NCBI RefSeq assembly: GCF_006345805.1 | Contig: NW_021834598.1 | Location: 1 to 47,082 of the forward strand | From: Octopus sinensis | Lineage: Eukaryota | Reading direction: 5' to 3' | DNA length: 47,082 nucleotides | In this document: positions 1 through 11,660 of the stretch, one piece after another | How the letters are laid out: the number at the start of each line of letters is the position of its first letter | How positions within the stretch are numbered: the first letter of the stretch is position 1 | Position numbers and translations under genes: made by a program | Notes under the pieces: generated by a model | The model's input: only the letters and a program-made list of their open reading frames with translations | Database searches by the model: none | Told to the model about the DNA's origin: nothing

Positions 1-299
1 GGGTCGATAAATTAAGTACCAGTTACGCACTGGGGTCGATGTAATCGACTTAATACCTATGTCTGTCCTTGTTTGTCCCCTCTGTGTTTAGCCCCTTGCG
101 GGTAGTAAAGAAATAGGTATTTCGTCTGCGTTACGTTGTGAGTTCAAATTCCGCCGAGGTCGACTTAGCCTTTCATCCTTTCGGGGTCGATAAATTAAGT
201 ACCAGTTACGCACTGGGGTCGATGTAAATCGACTTAATACCTATGTCTGTCCTTGTTTGTCCCCTCTGCGTTTAGCCCCTTGTGGGTAATAAAGAAATA
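1..299 (+). mobile_element. SINE-A1 head-to-tail array (at least 2 units, cut by window start)
   Basis: Two ~184-bp units GGTATTTCG...GAGTTCAAATTCC (B box)...GGGTCGATAAATTAAGTACC...GTAAAGAAATA, junction 115|116. Confidence 0.85.
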
Positions 300-468
300 G
301 ATATCGGTGTGCTTGCCTCCCCGTAACCTAGTGGTTCGGCAAAAGACTCCGATAGAATAGATACCAGGCTTAAAAGAATAATCACATTGGTTTCGATTCA
401 TTCGAATTAAAAATTCCTCGTAACCGTGCCCCAGCATGACCGCGGTTCAATGACTGATACATGTAGAC
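300..468 (+). mobile_element. SINE-C 3' half (host of the A1 array)
   Basis: CCCCGTAACCTAGTGGTTCGGCAAAAG...GATAGAATA matches 985-1030; ends in CCCAGCATGACCGCGG..TGACTGA tail similar to the CR1-like 3' end at 22433-22475. Confidence 0.6.
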
Positions 469-756
469 GACGGACACCATACACATAGATACACAAATGG
501 ATTCACAATCACATCCCAAACGCGCCAACGACGAAGTTTCTGAGTTGTAGGTCAACATGCACCACCGCCAGAAATAGCAGCTATAATTCCCTCAAATGAT
601 ATCTTAGAGCATTAAAAACGGAAACGTTAGATATTGTGACCCTGGGTTCTTTGCATGTAGAAAATAATTAGAATGGTCACAGCTGGAGCGCCTTTAATCA
701 TGGGACTGTTTGATCTTGACTGATCTGGGCTAAACACAAAAAAAAAGTATAAAAAT

Positions 757-1045
757 ATGTATGGCTGTGTGGTTAAGAATCTCCCTTTGGAGCCAAGCGA
801 TTTCGGGTTCGGTCCCACCGCGTGGTGCCTTAAGTGTCTATAGCCCATGGATGACCGATGTCTTGAGACTCAATTTGGCAGATAGAAACTGTGTGGAAAC
901 TCATCATGCGCGCGCGTGTGTGTCTTCATGTCTGTACGTGTCACCCACATCTCTGCTTTACAATCGGTGTCAATTTGTTTACGTCACCGTGACTTAGCAG
1001 TTCGGCAAAAACAACCGATAGAATAAGTATCTAACTTACAAAAAA
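757..1045 (+). mobile_element. SINE-C, tRNA-derived head, diverged
   Basis: A-box-like TGGCTGTGTGGTTAAG, B-box-like GGGTTCGGTCCC, internal (CG)/(TG) run, 3' part homologous to 300-380. Confidence 0.6.
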
Positions 1046-1051
1046 CCTAAG

Positions 1052-1144
1052 TGTATATGTGAATGTGTTTTTATATACATACAGACACACACATACACAT
1101 ACATATACATACATGTATATACATATACTACATAATATATATAT

Positions 1145-1182
<38 letters not shown>

Positions 1183-1825
1183 TATATAATGTATATATAT
1201 ATGTATGTATATATGTATGCGTATATCATATTGTATATATATATATTTATATATGTATGTATGTATATATAAATATGTATATATGTACATACGTGTGTCT
1301 ATATATTTATATGTAACGTATCATGTATATATACACATAGACACACTCCCGAGTGCGCACACGCCTCGCAAAGACTAGCTATGGAATGGCTCTAAGGTGT
1401 ATGTGTGTGTGTGAGTGCGTGCGCGCCTGTGTGTGTGTATGTTTGAGTGTGTAGTATATGAACTTATGTACGTTTGCAACAACGAGATCTTCAAACTCTT
1501 CAGACACAATAAAACAAAGATATCAGATAATCAAATAATATTTAACTGAGAGGAGAATGAAGATAAAATAATATATTAAAATTAAAACAAACAAAACAGA
1601 TTACACACACACACACACACACACGCACACACACACACACATGTATGTATGCATGTATATATATGTATGTGTACATATATACACATATACATATGTATGT
1701 ATGTATGTATATATATATTTATAAATATTCATATATATATATATATATCTGTATGTATATATACACACATATATATGTATGTATGTATTATACACACACA
1801 CACATATATATGCATATATACATAC

Positions 1826-1870
<45 letters not shown>

Positions 1871-1932
1871 CATATATATTTATATATATGTATGCATGTA
1901 TATATATATATACATATATATATATATACACT

Positions 1933-1970
<38 letters not shown>

Positions 1971-2220
1971 ATACAATATATATATTATATATTATATAAT
2001 ATACACATATATATATATTTATATATAATTATGCATGTATATATATACTATATATCCATCTATATATATACACATACTTATATATATATCATATATATAT
2101 ATATTATACATATATATAGAGCTATACACATACATATATATTATATATATGTATGCATGTATATATATATATATACATATGATATATACACATATATATA
2201 TAATATATATATATATATAT

Positions 2221-2255
<35 letters not shown>

Positions 2256-2270
2256 GCATACACACATATA
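1052..2270. repeat. Compound (TA)/(CA)/(TACA) microsatellite block
   Basis: Visible dinucleotide runs; source of the YI/HT/CV-rich ORFs. Confidence 0.95.
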
Positions 2271-2679
2271 TGACTCCAAAAGCTAACGCTAAATTCAGCG
2301 AAGAATTCAAAGACCAATAAAATTAGAGTAATAAAGAAAAGAGAACATTTTTCTCTCGTTTCATTCTTGTAGACTTTATTATGTATTCCAGACAAAGTTT
2401 CCTTTCAGATTAAATATGTTCTTGTTCGTTTTCGTTTTTGCTTTTTATTCATGTATGAAATATGAAATAAATTCATTAAAGTTTTGTAATTAGTAAGTGT
2501 GAAATGTCTTACAATGTAGAACCGTTTTTCGTTTCTTCTTCTTTTAGTTCTGGTTTCCAATTCAGGAAGTAAGCCAGGATTTGAACTGAGCATGTAAAAG
2601 GTCGGAAGAAATACCACAAAGTTCTTCTTTTTTCTTTGTTTTGTTTTCCAACTGTTGAAGTGCAAGAATCTTTAAATAA

Positions 2680-3300
2680 AGGGGATTTGGTGGATAACAT
2701 TGCCCTCAGTATTTTACTGGGCTGCGAGCTGGCAGAAACGTTAGCACGCCGGGCGAAATGCTTTGTGGTATTTCGCCCGCCGCTGAGTTCTGGAGTTCAA
2801 ATTCCACTGAGGTCGACTTTGCCTTTCATCCTTTCGGGGTCGATAAATTAAGTACCAGTTACGCACTGGTGTCGATGTAATCGACTTAATACCTATGTCT
2901 GTCCTTGTTTGTCCCCTCTGTGTTTAGCCCCTTGTGGGTAATAAAGAAATAGGTATTTCGTCCGCCGCTGAGTTCTGGAGTTCAAATTCCACCGAGGTCG
3001 ACTTTGCCTTTCATCCTTTCGGGGTCGATAAATTAAGTACCGGTTATGCACTGGGGTCGATGTAATCGACTTAATCCGTGTTTCTGTCCTTGTTTGTCCT
3101 CTGTGTTTAGTCCCTTGTGGGTAGTAAAGAAATAAGTATTTTACTGGTACTTTATTGCATCGACATTGGTGGGTGGGATGGAATAAGATGTTGACGTTGT
3201 GGGAATTTGAACTCAGCATATAAAAAAGCTGGAATAACACAAAGCATTTCTTCCAACGCTCTCACTATTCAACCAGCTTCCTCTTTATCTTCAAGGACAA
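2680..3300 (-). mobile_element. Old diverged SINE-A copy interrupted by the A1 dimer
   Basis: 2680-2720 and 3135-3300 rejoin into the reverse complement of the SINE-A body (ACTGGTAC..ATCGAC..GGAATTTGAACTCAG). Confidence 0.6.
2721..3134 (+). mobile_element. SINE-A1 dimer with 13-bp TSD
   Basis: TSD AGTATTTTACTGG at 2708-2720 and 3135-3147; internal junction AAAGAAATA|GGTATTTCG at 2951|2952. Confidence 0.9.
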
Positions 3301-3424
3301 GACCAGAAATTTTTAAGGGGAGAGGTTTTAACAAATACCATTGATCCCTGGCTTTAGTAAAGTATTATGCAAACTGTTTACTTTAGTGAAGCTGGGGTCT
3401 TCAGCTACTGAAGGCAGTACATAG

Positions 3425-3600
3425 GTGGTGCATTATTTTGTAGGCCCTAGATGGACTGAAAAGCAAAACTGACTTCGGTGGGATTTGAGCTTAGAATATA
3501 AAGCGCTGGACCTGTAGTTTCCGGCTCGGAATTTCTGGAACCACCGTTGATACCGCTAAGCATTTCGTCCGGCGTGCTAACGATTCTGCCAGCTCGCCAC
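3425..3600 (-). mobile_element. SINE-A copy carrying a 39-bp mariner-derived insert
   Basis: GGATTTGAGCTTAGAA...TACCGCTAAGCATTTCGTCCGGCGTGCTAACGATTCTGCCAGCTCGCC = reverse complement of SINE-A head; 3512-3550 is foreign. Confidence 0.75.
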
Positions 3601-3604
3601 CAAT

Positions 3605-3960
3605 ATTTCAATTTCGAAAATCCACCCCGGAAAAATGAAAGGCAAAACATGGTCTCTGTAGGATACGAACTTGCATCGTAAAAAGCCAAAGAAGTGCCGT
3701 AAAGCAATTATTTCCTCCCGATGATTTAACGACACACCCAACACACCGCGCATGTAATCTTTTCTTGTTTAAACACAAGGCCAGAGATTTTAGAGAAAGA
3801 GATATTAGGATCTTTCATCGATAACACAAGATGCCGATAATTGATTGGTGTTTAATTTATTTTATCGATCTCAGGAAAATAAAAGACATGTTCGATCTCG
3901 GCGGAATTTTGAAATCAGAACATGAATCACCGGAGGAAATACCGCAAGACATTTTCGTCC
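3605..3960 (-). mobile_element. Two highly diverged SINE-A copies
   Basis: Residual ATGAAAGGCAAA, ATTTATTTTATCGA and GGCGGAATTTTGAA motifs. Confidence 0.45.
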
Positions 3961-3978
3961 GACTCTCTATCGATTCTA

Positions 3979-3992
3979 CGTATGTGTGTGTG

Positions 3993-4024
<32 letters not shown>

Positions 4025-4142
4025 TGTATGTATGTATGTATGTATGTATGTATGTGTATGTGTGTATGTGTGTGTATACATATATGAATCCAAACACATG
4101 CATATATATATATATATAACTGTATCTATATATAAACATACA

Positions 4143-4196
<54 letters not shown>

Positions 4197-4272
4197 CATA
4201 CACATGCATGTGTGTATATATGTACATATATATATATATATATATATACATACACATGCATGTGTGAATATA

Positions 4273-4322
<50 letters not shown>

Positions 4323-4460
4323 TTTGACTGAACGCTACGCATCCATTTCCAAGTATATGTGTGTGTGTGTATGTGTATAGAAGAAACATAAATTTCAAAC
4401 ACACACATATATGCATATATGTATACACACACACACACACACAGACGCCCACCACACAAA
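3979..4460. repeat. (TATG)/(TA)/(CA) microsatellite block
   Basis: Visible runs. Confidence 0.95.
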
Positions 4461-4718
4461 CACACACACTAGCAATGGTCTCCCTCTCTCTCCAATTATA
4501 AACTAGACGAATCAGTTGACCTACCAGCTGTTTTCTTGGTTCTTCCATTAAATCAATGTATTCCAAATTTTGTTTCTTTTTTTTGTTTACCCAATTTTCC
4601 TCGCAATTTTTTTTTGTTTTTTAAATTGCTTTTTGCTTACTTTCTCTCGAATTTCCTCATAGCTTTTGTTTTTGTTTTTGTCTTCGGTTTTGTCTTTGCA
4701 GCCTTTCTTTTCTTTTCG

Positions 4719-4990
4719 TCATCATCATCATCATCATCATCATCGTCTTCGTCGTCGTCTTCGTCGTCGTCTTCGTCGTCGTCTTCGTCGTCGTCTTCGT
4801 CGTCGTCTTCGTCGTCGTCTTCGTCGTCGTCTTCGTCGTCGTCTTCGTCGTCGTCTTCGTCGTCGTTGTAGTCGTCAGTCTCATAATCATCATCGTCATC
4901 ATCATCATCATCATCATCAATGACGACGACTACCACCACCGCCGACGCTCACACCACCACCACTACCACCACCATCATCATTATCATCAT
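4719..4990. repeat. (CAT)n flanking 10 perfect copies of a 12-bp GTCTTCGTCGTC unit
   Basis: TTC recurs every 12 bp from 4748 to 4856. Confidence 0.95.
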
Positions 4991-4991
4991 C

Positions 4992-5082
4992 GCTGCTTAG
5001 CGCGTCGGACAAAATGTTCAGCAGCATTTCTTCCTGCTGTTTGCATGTTAGTTCCGCCGAGGTTGACTTTGCCTTTTATCCT
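4992..5082 (+). mobile_element. SINE-A head fragment
   Basis: TTCCGCCGAGGTTGACTTTGCCTTTTATCC. Confidence 0.55.
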
Positions 5083-5231
5083 GTGTGTTGAGCATTCTTA
5101 GACCAAGCGGAACACATCTCTCTCCAGGTCCGACAGGTCCGATGACCACAGCCTATTTCTTCCGGAAGAGAAAATGACAGATAGATAAAAAAAAAAAGAG
5201 CAAAAAGAGAATGAGTGAAAGAGATGACTCG

Positions 5232-5392
5232 ATCCTACTACAGGACTGGTACTTTATTTAAGGACTCCAAAAAGATAAAAAAAAAACGAAGCTGATCATA
5301 GTAGGATTTGAACTCGAAGTGTAGAGAGCTGAATTGATTACTGAAAAGAAATCTATTCTACGCTATAACGACTCTGCCGATTGGCCGCTTAT
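5232..5392 (-). mobile_element. Diverged SINE-A
   Basis: ACTGGTACTTTATTT...GGATTTGAACTC...CTATAACGACTCTGCC. Confidence 0.5.
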
Positions 5393-5719
5393 TGTAGCTT
5401 ACATAAGGAAAAGAAAAAGAAAAGGAATTATTGAAAGGAGCTAGAAGAATAATTCGAAGAACTGGCTAAACCAAGAAAAGGAATTCAAAGAATTCAAAGA
5501 ATTATGGCATGTATCTACAGAAAAGTGAAGGACCGGCTATTGTAACAGTAGTCCAGTGTTAGGATTCGAACCATCTATATCTCTATTCGACATGCTATCA
5601 ACATAGCTAATTATAGTTCTTTGGTATATTTTTATATGGTCGAATAAGTATCTATGTTTGAATAAAGCGTTTTGTAATTGTATGCAACTATATCGTTGCC
5701 TATTTTTTTTTCCTGTGAG

Positions 5720-6717
5720 CACTGTAAAATGTTAGACCGAGAGTACAACCAACAACACTCCAACTTCTGGCGCACAAATTCACTGTCGCCTCTCTCTCCA
5801 CCTATTCGGTCACAACTGCAATTGCCTCGTCTCCTTTGAACTAACTAGTTGCATGCCATCTTCATCCAGACTTACTTCCTTAAGCCCTCCGCTCCCTATT
5901 GAGGCACTGTAAAATGTTAAACCGAAAAAATGTAACAAGCAACTTCTGGCTCACAAATTCACTGTCATCTCTCTCTACCTATTCGGTCACAATTGCAATT
6001 GCTTTATATCCTTTGTACTGACTAATTGCATGCCATCTCTATCCATACTTACTTCCTTAAGCCCTCTCTCTCTGTAGAGTAGAGACCACCGACAACTTTT
6101 TCTGCACGGTTCTCGATTCTGGGTCGTCTTTCCCGCTTCTCTTCAGTTTGATCCTTGCATTTCCAGCTGTCCCTCAATACCTTACCTCTTGCAATATTTA
6201 GGGTGTCTTCTCCTCCACCTCCATTGTTGGTTCCAAGGCAGTGCCTAACACAGTCATTTTGCAATTTAGGTGTTTCTGCTGATGGTCACAAGAGGATTCG
6301 ATCTTGCAACTTCCTTTCGGATTTTGCTGCACCGCATCCACTTTTTTTTCCCGAGAGTAGGCCTTCTCTCAGGTTTTGTTGGTTTCGACCTGTAACCGAT
6401 GCTTCTGCAACTTTGCCTTTTTCTAGTCAGAGGTGTTGACCTTACACTAACCAATTTTTACCCCTGGGAAGAGGTGGTGTAATTGTTAGGTCTCTATGCT
6501 TTGATATGGCTAACATGGAAGGTTCTGTCTGAAGCTTGCGCTCAACTGGCATAGCTGTCAGTGTCAGTGAAGCACATAAACCACCACACACCAACAAGGA
6601 TTCGGTCTTGTGGTGGACCTCCACCCAAACCCTCTCGTTCTTTCTCCTCTATCATGTATCGCCATCAGGAATTGGAAAGTAGAAATACAATTCTTCAGGC
6701 CTCTCCGTAGCTGCGTC
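5720..6717. mobile_element. Unclassified element: short (5720-5893) and long (5905-6717) copies sharing one terminus
   Basis: Both start CACTGTAAAATGTTA and are similar over ~165 bp; long copy flanked by CCCTATTGAGG at 5894-5904 and 6718-6728. Confidence 0.5.
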
Positions 6718-7689
6718 CCCTATTGAGGAGCCGCATAATCGAAATTATAGTCCTTATCGATCACCAATGGACGAACATAATTTCCAAACATTCCACCGCC
6801 CCCACCGCAATTTTTAAAAACAGCGCAACAGATGAAGTTTAGGGAAATAAAAAAAGCTTCTTTTTTTGGATATTTGTTTAAATCTCAAATTTAATGTTTA
6901 CATAATGTAATATTGCCTCGTCATATGACTCCGTATTTAATAAAAAGTTGACAAATTCACTGGGGAATACAGCGTAACATGATCGTGGGACATTTCTCAT
7001 GAATAGCAAAAATGTCAGTGAATACAATTGGTTTTATTTAATCAGCAACGTAAAGCGATTCATGGAAAAATCGAATCTTTGCCAAAATATCGAAGGAAAA
7101 CAAGAAAAAAACAAATGGTGGAATAAAAAAAAACAAGGGAGAGAGAGAGAAATTTCTGAGAAATTTCTTTCTTCGTCACATTTTGTTAAACCGTATTTTT
7201 AATAATGTGGATCTTGACGAAAAATCCGGAGGCTTATGTCTCTCATATCCTTTCTTTATTTCTATTCCATCAGATTATACAAAAGACAAAAAACCCCCAA
7301 AAAACGGGATTGTGAAGTGACTGTTAATGAAGCTTCTGGAACGAGAACGAGATCACACGTCATACAAATTATGGTCCGCCTGCAAAAGAAAAGACAACAT
7401 TCGCTGTTCTATGGAGAGTCATTTTTATTTCTTCAGTTGTAATAGCTAGCCATTTCTTCTTTCGGTTTTTCTGTAGAATTACAGAATGAAGCGGACTCCA
7501 ATAAGAAGAAGTAGTCAAGGAGGAAAAAAAAAGTAGGAATAGCAGAAGCAAAAGCAACAGAAAGAATTACTGAAAAAAAGTTAGAAGAATAATTCGAAGA
7601 CTTGGCAGGACCAAAAGCAGGAGTATTAAAGAAATGGAAGAATTTATTAGAAGAATTAAAGTCTGAAGAAAATTAGAGAAAAATGCAAA

Positions 7690-7983
7690 GATGAAGAAAA
7701 GTTTAACGGCAGAATATGAAGAAATGAAGAAGAAGAAGAAGAAGAGAAAAGAAAAGAAGAAGAAGAAGAAAAGAAGAAGAAGAAGAAGAAGAAAAAGATG
7801 AAGAAGAGGAAAGTGATGATGATGATGATGAGAAGGAGGAGGAGGATAAAGGAAAATAATGATGTTAATAATGGTAATAATAAGAAAGGGAAAAAGAAGA
7901 GGAAAGCAAAAAGGAAGAAGAAATGATGATGATGATGATGACGATGACAACGACGACGATGAAGAAGAAGAAGAAGAGAAGAA

Positions 7984-8016
<33 letters not shown>

Positions 8017-8152
8017 AAAGAAGAAGAAGAAGAAGAAGAAGAAGAAATGGAAGAAATGTAAGAAGTGGAAGAAATGTAAGAAGTGGAAGAAGTGGAAGAA
8101 GATGATGACGACGATGTTGATGATGATGATGATGAAAAATAAGAAAAAGAAG

Positions 8153-8197
<45 letters not shown>

Positions 8198-8222
8198 ATG
8201 AAGGAGGGGAGAAGGAGGGGGA
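7690..8222. repeat. Purine-rich (GAA)/(GAT)/(GCT) low-complexity block
   Basis: Visible runs, incl. 9/18-bp GAAGAAATG(G/T) units at 8041-8100. Confidence 0.9.
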
Positions 8223-8402
8223 GAAGTGGGAGTGTGGGGACGTCCGGTTTGCTGCAAACGTTGAGGAAATGAAATCGAGGTATTGTTTGTTATCGACAAA
8301 TCTCTGAATAAAACCTGATGAAAAGTACAGACTAGGAGGAAACGGTAGCGGATCAGTTAAGTGACGACCGACTAGCTTTTATTGACCACAATGAGAGCAA
8401 GA

Positions 8403-8444
8403 AACCACAAACGCCGGTCAGTGAGTCAGTGAGTCAGTGAGTCA
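8403..8444. promoter_or_regulatory. Candidate enhancer: three tandem AP-1 consensus sites next to a Runx-type motif
   Basis: TGAGTCA at 8422-8428, 8430-8436, 8438-8444; AACCACA at 8403-8409; motif match only. Confidence 0.25.
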
Positions 8445-8703
8445 GAGATTGCAAGCCTGCTAATTCGGTTGAAATTAAGACTAGAGTTGTTTATGAGGGA
8501 GTCACACATTCTTCAAAATCCTGAAACTTCTGATTAGTGGCCCCCTCCACTAGAAGCATACGTATATGCACAGATACACACGTGCATACGTACGTACCTA
8601 AAATATAGATATACATATGTACACACACATGTTTGTGTGCGTATAATCCCTTCCCTTCGAAATTCAGGCGTTGTGCCTTTAGTAGAAAAGATTATTATTA
8701 TTT

Positions 8704-8744
<41 letters not shown>

Positions 8745-8765
8745 TATTATTATTATTATTATTCC

Positions 8766-8829
<64 letters not shown>

Positions 8830-8836
8830 TATTATT

Positions 8837-9106
8837 CAGTAGTTTTATTTTTATAGCGTGCTTTCACTTCACTACCGAGCGCAGCTCTGTGTGCCTTGGG
8901 TATGTGCTGTGATTTGTTGTGATGCTCTGATGGTTTTGTATGGAAAGTGTTCTGCGTAGAATGTGTGCAGTGCCTAGTAGTGCAATTTTCTGTATGTTAT
9001 ATGTGTTTGTAAGTCCTGGTGTTTTTGTTATGTATTTGTCTGAATATTTTTTTATCATGCCTAATGCACCTACTATGATAGGAATTGTTTCTGTTTTCAG
9101 GTTCCA

Positions 9107-9109
<3 letters not shown>
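8837..9109 (-). mobile_element. R4/Dong-like non-LTR retrotransposon, 5'-truncated 3' end
   Basis: Encodes WNLKTETIPIIVGALGMI...IQKIALLGTAHILRRTL (REL-endonuclease C-terminus) plus short 3' UTR; (TAA)n on both sides. Confidence 0.8.
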
Positions 9110-9194
<85 letters not shown>

Positions 9195-9266
9195 TATCAT
9201 TATTATTATTATTATTATTATTATCACCATCATCATTATTATTATCATTATTATTATAACTATTAC

Positions 9267-9296
<30 letters not shown>

Positions 9297-9298
<2 letters not shown>

Positions 9299-9365
9299 GC
9301 TATCAAAGTGACACTGGGGTAAAATAAACGAAGCCCAGTATACCCATCGTGACTACCCATCGTGA
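9297..9365 (-). mobile_element. 3'-end fragment of the non-coding TAA-embedded family
   Basis: Reverse complement matches 11523-11580 (GATGGG.ATACTGGGCTTCGT.TATTTTAC.CCAGTG..ACTTTGAT.GCAT). Confidence 0.7.
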
Positions 9366-9411
9366 TAATTATTATTACTATTATAATTATTGTTACTATT
9401 ATTATTATCAC

Positions 9412-9463
<52 letters not shown>

Positions 9464-9593
9464 CATTATTATGATTATTATTATCATTATTATTATTACT
9501 ATTATTATTATTATCATTATCATTATTGTTATTATTATCATCATCATCATCATCATCATGATTATCATTATCATTCTTCTTCTTCTTCTTCTT

Positions 9594-9624
<31 letters not shown>

Positions 9625-9686
9625 TTATTATTGTTATTATTTCTTCTTATTGTTATTATTATTATTATTGTTATTATTTCTTCTTA

Positions 9687-9763
<77 letters not shown>

Positions 9764-9833
9764 TTGCTCATCCACATCATCACCATCATCATCATCGTCG
9801 ATGGTATTGTCGTCAACCCCAGTTTTATTTATA

Positions 9834-10725
9834 TTGAGTTATCCCATAAATAATGCGGTTTTTTATACATCTTTTATTTTTCAAAATTAAGATAACAAAC
9901 TTCTTTTTTAATCTAGAATGTACTCTCCTTCATTTTCTACAATGCTCTTCCATCTATCTGGTAGACTTGCAAGACCCCTCTTCCAAAATTCATTTCTCCG
10001 TGACGAAAATTGCTCCTCCAACACTGTTCTGACCTCTACTACAGAATGCATATGTTTTCCGTCCAAACGATTTTGAAGACTGCGGGATAAATGATAATCA
10101 AATGGGCAGTGTCCGGCGAATATGATGAGTGGGGCATCGTTTTCCTTTCAAAATGCTCCAGCCTTTGGAATGTCATCCTGGCTGTATGTGGCTGAGCATT
10201 ATCTTGATGGAAGAACACCTTTCGTCTTGAAACCAAAGATGGTCGTTTTTCTTCTAGCGTGACTGGTTGAATGACTAAATCCAAGCTTCTCTGCTAGTTC
10301 CTCAAGAGTTACGATGGAATTATGTTCCACCCGGGTTTGTAGGTTATCTTCCAGGATGAGGCTCGTCTTCTAGGCTGTAGTTTCCGGCTCGGAATTTCTG
10401 GAACCACCGTTGACACTGGCCTACGCTTATTGTCCGATTGCCATTTACTGTATTAATACTCCATGCACTTTCTGTTGCGTTGTTGCTTTTATAGAATTCA
10501 TAAAGTAAAATATGCCAATTATTCTCCTTTGTCACTTCCATTATAGCTTTGATAAAATAACTGTTAAAATTGAACTGCACTCTTCAAAACTTGCACTAAG
10601 AATAAGGACAAGGTAAATCTAAACTACCTGCTTTTATAGCAAGTTGATGCAGGTAGTTTATCCCGTCCCCTCCGACTTTTAGTTCGTGCAATTAAAAAAA
10701 TCGCAATAATTACGGGGTGGGCCAA
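9834..10725 (-). mobile_element. mariner (DD34D-type) transposon, internally deleted pseudogene
   Basis: Imperfect ~30-bp TIRs (9834-9863, 10696-10725), TA at 9832-33 and 10726-27; HTH region ...RWFQKFRAGNYSLEDEP and catalytic FHQDNAQPH...HSSYSPD. Confidence 0.9.
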
Positions 10726-10760
10726 TATGTTTCTCCTGAGCTACAAAGTACAACATTTTT

Positions 10761-11060
10761 GGGCCTTAGCTTAGTGGTTAAAGCTAGTAAGTTCGATTCA
10801 ACGACCGGGCTGCGTGTTGTGTTCTTAAGCAAGACACTTTATTTCACGTTGCTCCAGTTCACTCAGCTGTAGAAATAAGTTGCAGCATCAGTGGTGCCAA
10901 GCTGTATCGGCTTTTGCTTTTTCCTTGGATAACGTTGGTGGCACGGAGAGGGGGGGGCTGATATGCATGGGCGACTTCTGCTCTTACATAAACAACCTTG
11001 CCCAGGTTTGTGTTCCGGAGGGTAACTTTCTAAGCGCAATCCCATGGTCATTCATGACCG
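10761..11060 (+). mobile_element. SINE-B (tRNA head partly deleted)
   Basis: Colinear with reverse complement of 25313-25630 (GTTGTGTTCTT.AGCAAG.CACTTTATTTCACGTTGCTC.AGTTCACTCAGCTG). Confidence 0.75.
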
Positions 11061-11249
11061 ATGAGATCTTTACTCTCTCTAGTCACACACATTAGCACAC
11101 TTCTGTCCCAGCACATATTATGTATGGTTCTTGTGAAAACATTATTAAAATCTCAAACAGATGGAAAACTATCACAGTCCAACAATGCTGCGTTTTGTAG
11201 TTCAGTAGAAGCATAATATAAATATGATTAGAGTTGACGGCGACAACAA

Positions 11250-11426
11250 CGACGACGATGATGATGACGATGATGATGATAAAAGTGATTATGTGGATGG
11301 GCATGGTTAATGTAATAATAATAATTATAATGATAATGCTAATATTATTAATAATAATAATATATAATAATAATAATATAATATAATAATAATAATAATA
11401 AAATAATAATAATAATAATGATAATA

Positions 11427-11462
<36 letters not shown>

Positions 11463-11594
11463 TAATAATAATATAATAATAATAATAATAATAATAATAT
11501 AATATAATAATAATAATAATAACATGATGGGAATACTGGGCTTCGTATATTTTACGCCAGTGCAACTTTGATGGCATGCAATGCTCTCTCAGTC

Positions 11595-11658
<64 letters not shown>
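11250..11658. repeat. (GAT)/(TAA) microsatellite block
   Basis: Visible runs. Confidence 0.95.
11523..11594 (+). mobile_element. 72-bp 3'-end fragment of the non-coding TAA-embedded family
   Basis: Homologous to 12128-12198; ends CTCTCTCAGTC then (AAT)n. Confidence 0.7.

Positions 11659-11660
<2 letters not shown>

Larger units (their letters stand above)
8691..9800. repeat. (CAT)/(TAT)/(CTT) trinucleotide block hosting two retroelement fragments
   Basis: Visible runs. Confidence 0.95.

Noticed and set aside
2345-2410. Two polypyrimidine-AG splice acceptors
   Set aside because: No matching donor or open exon; such motifs are common in AT-rich DNA.
5560-5600. Minus-strand GGTTCGAATCC B box
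   Set aside because: No A box or cloverleaf at suitable spacing.
6049-6624. ORFs here as LTR integrase or host exon
   Set aside because: No HHCC, DDE, RT or other recognisable motif in any frame.
8313-8350. CTGATGA...GAAAC as hammerhead
   Set aside because: No stem II pairing and no stem III/NUH.
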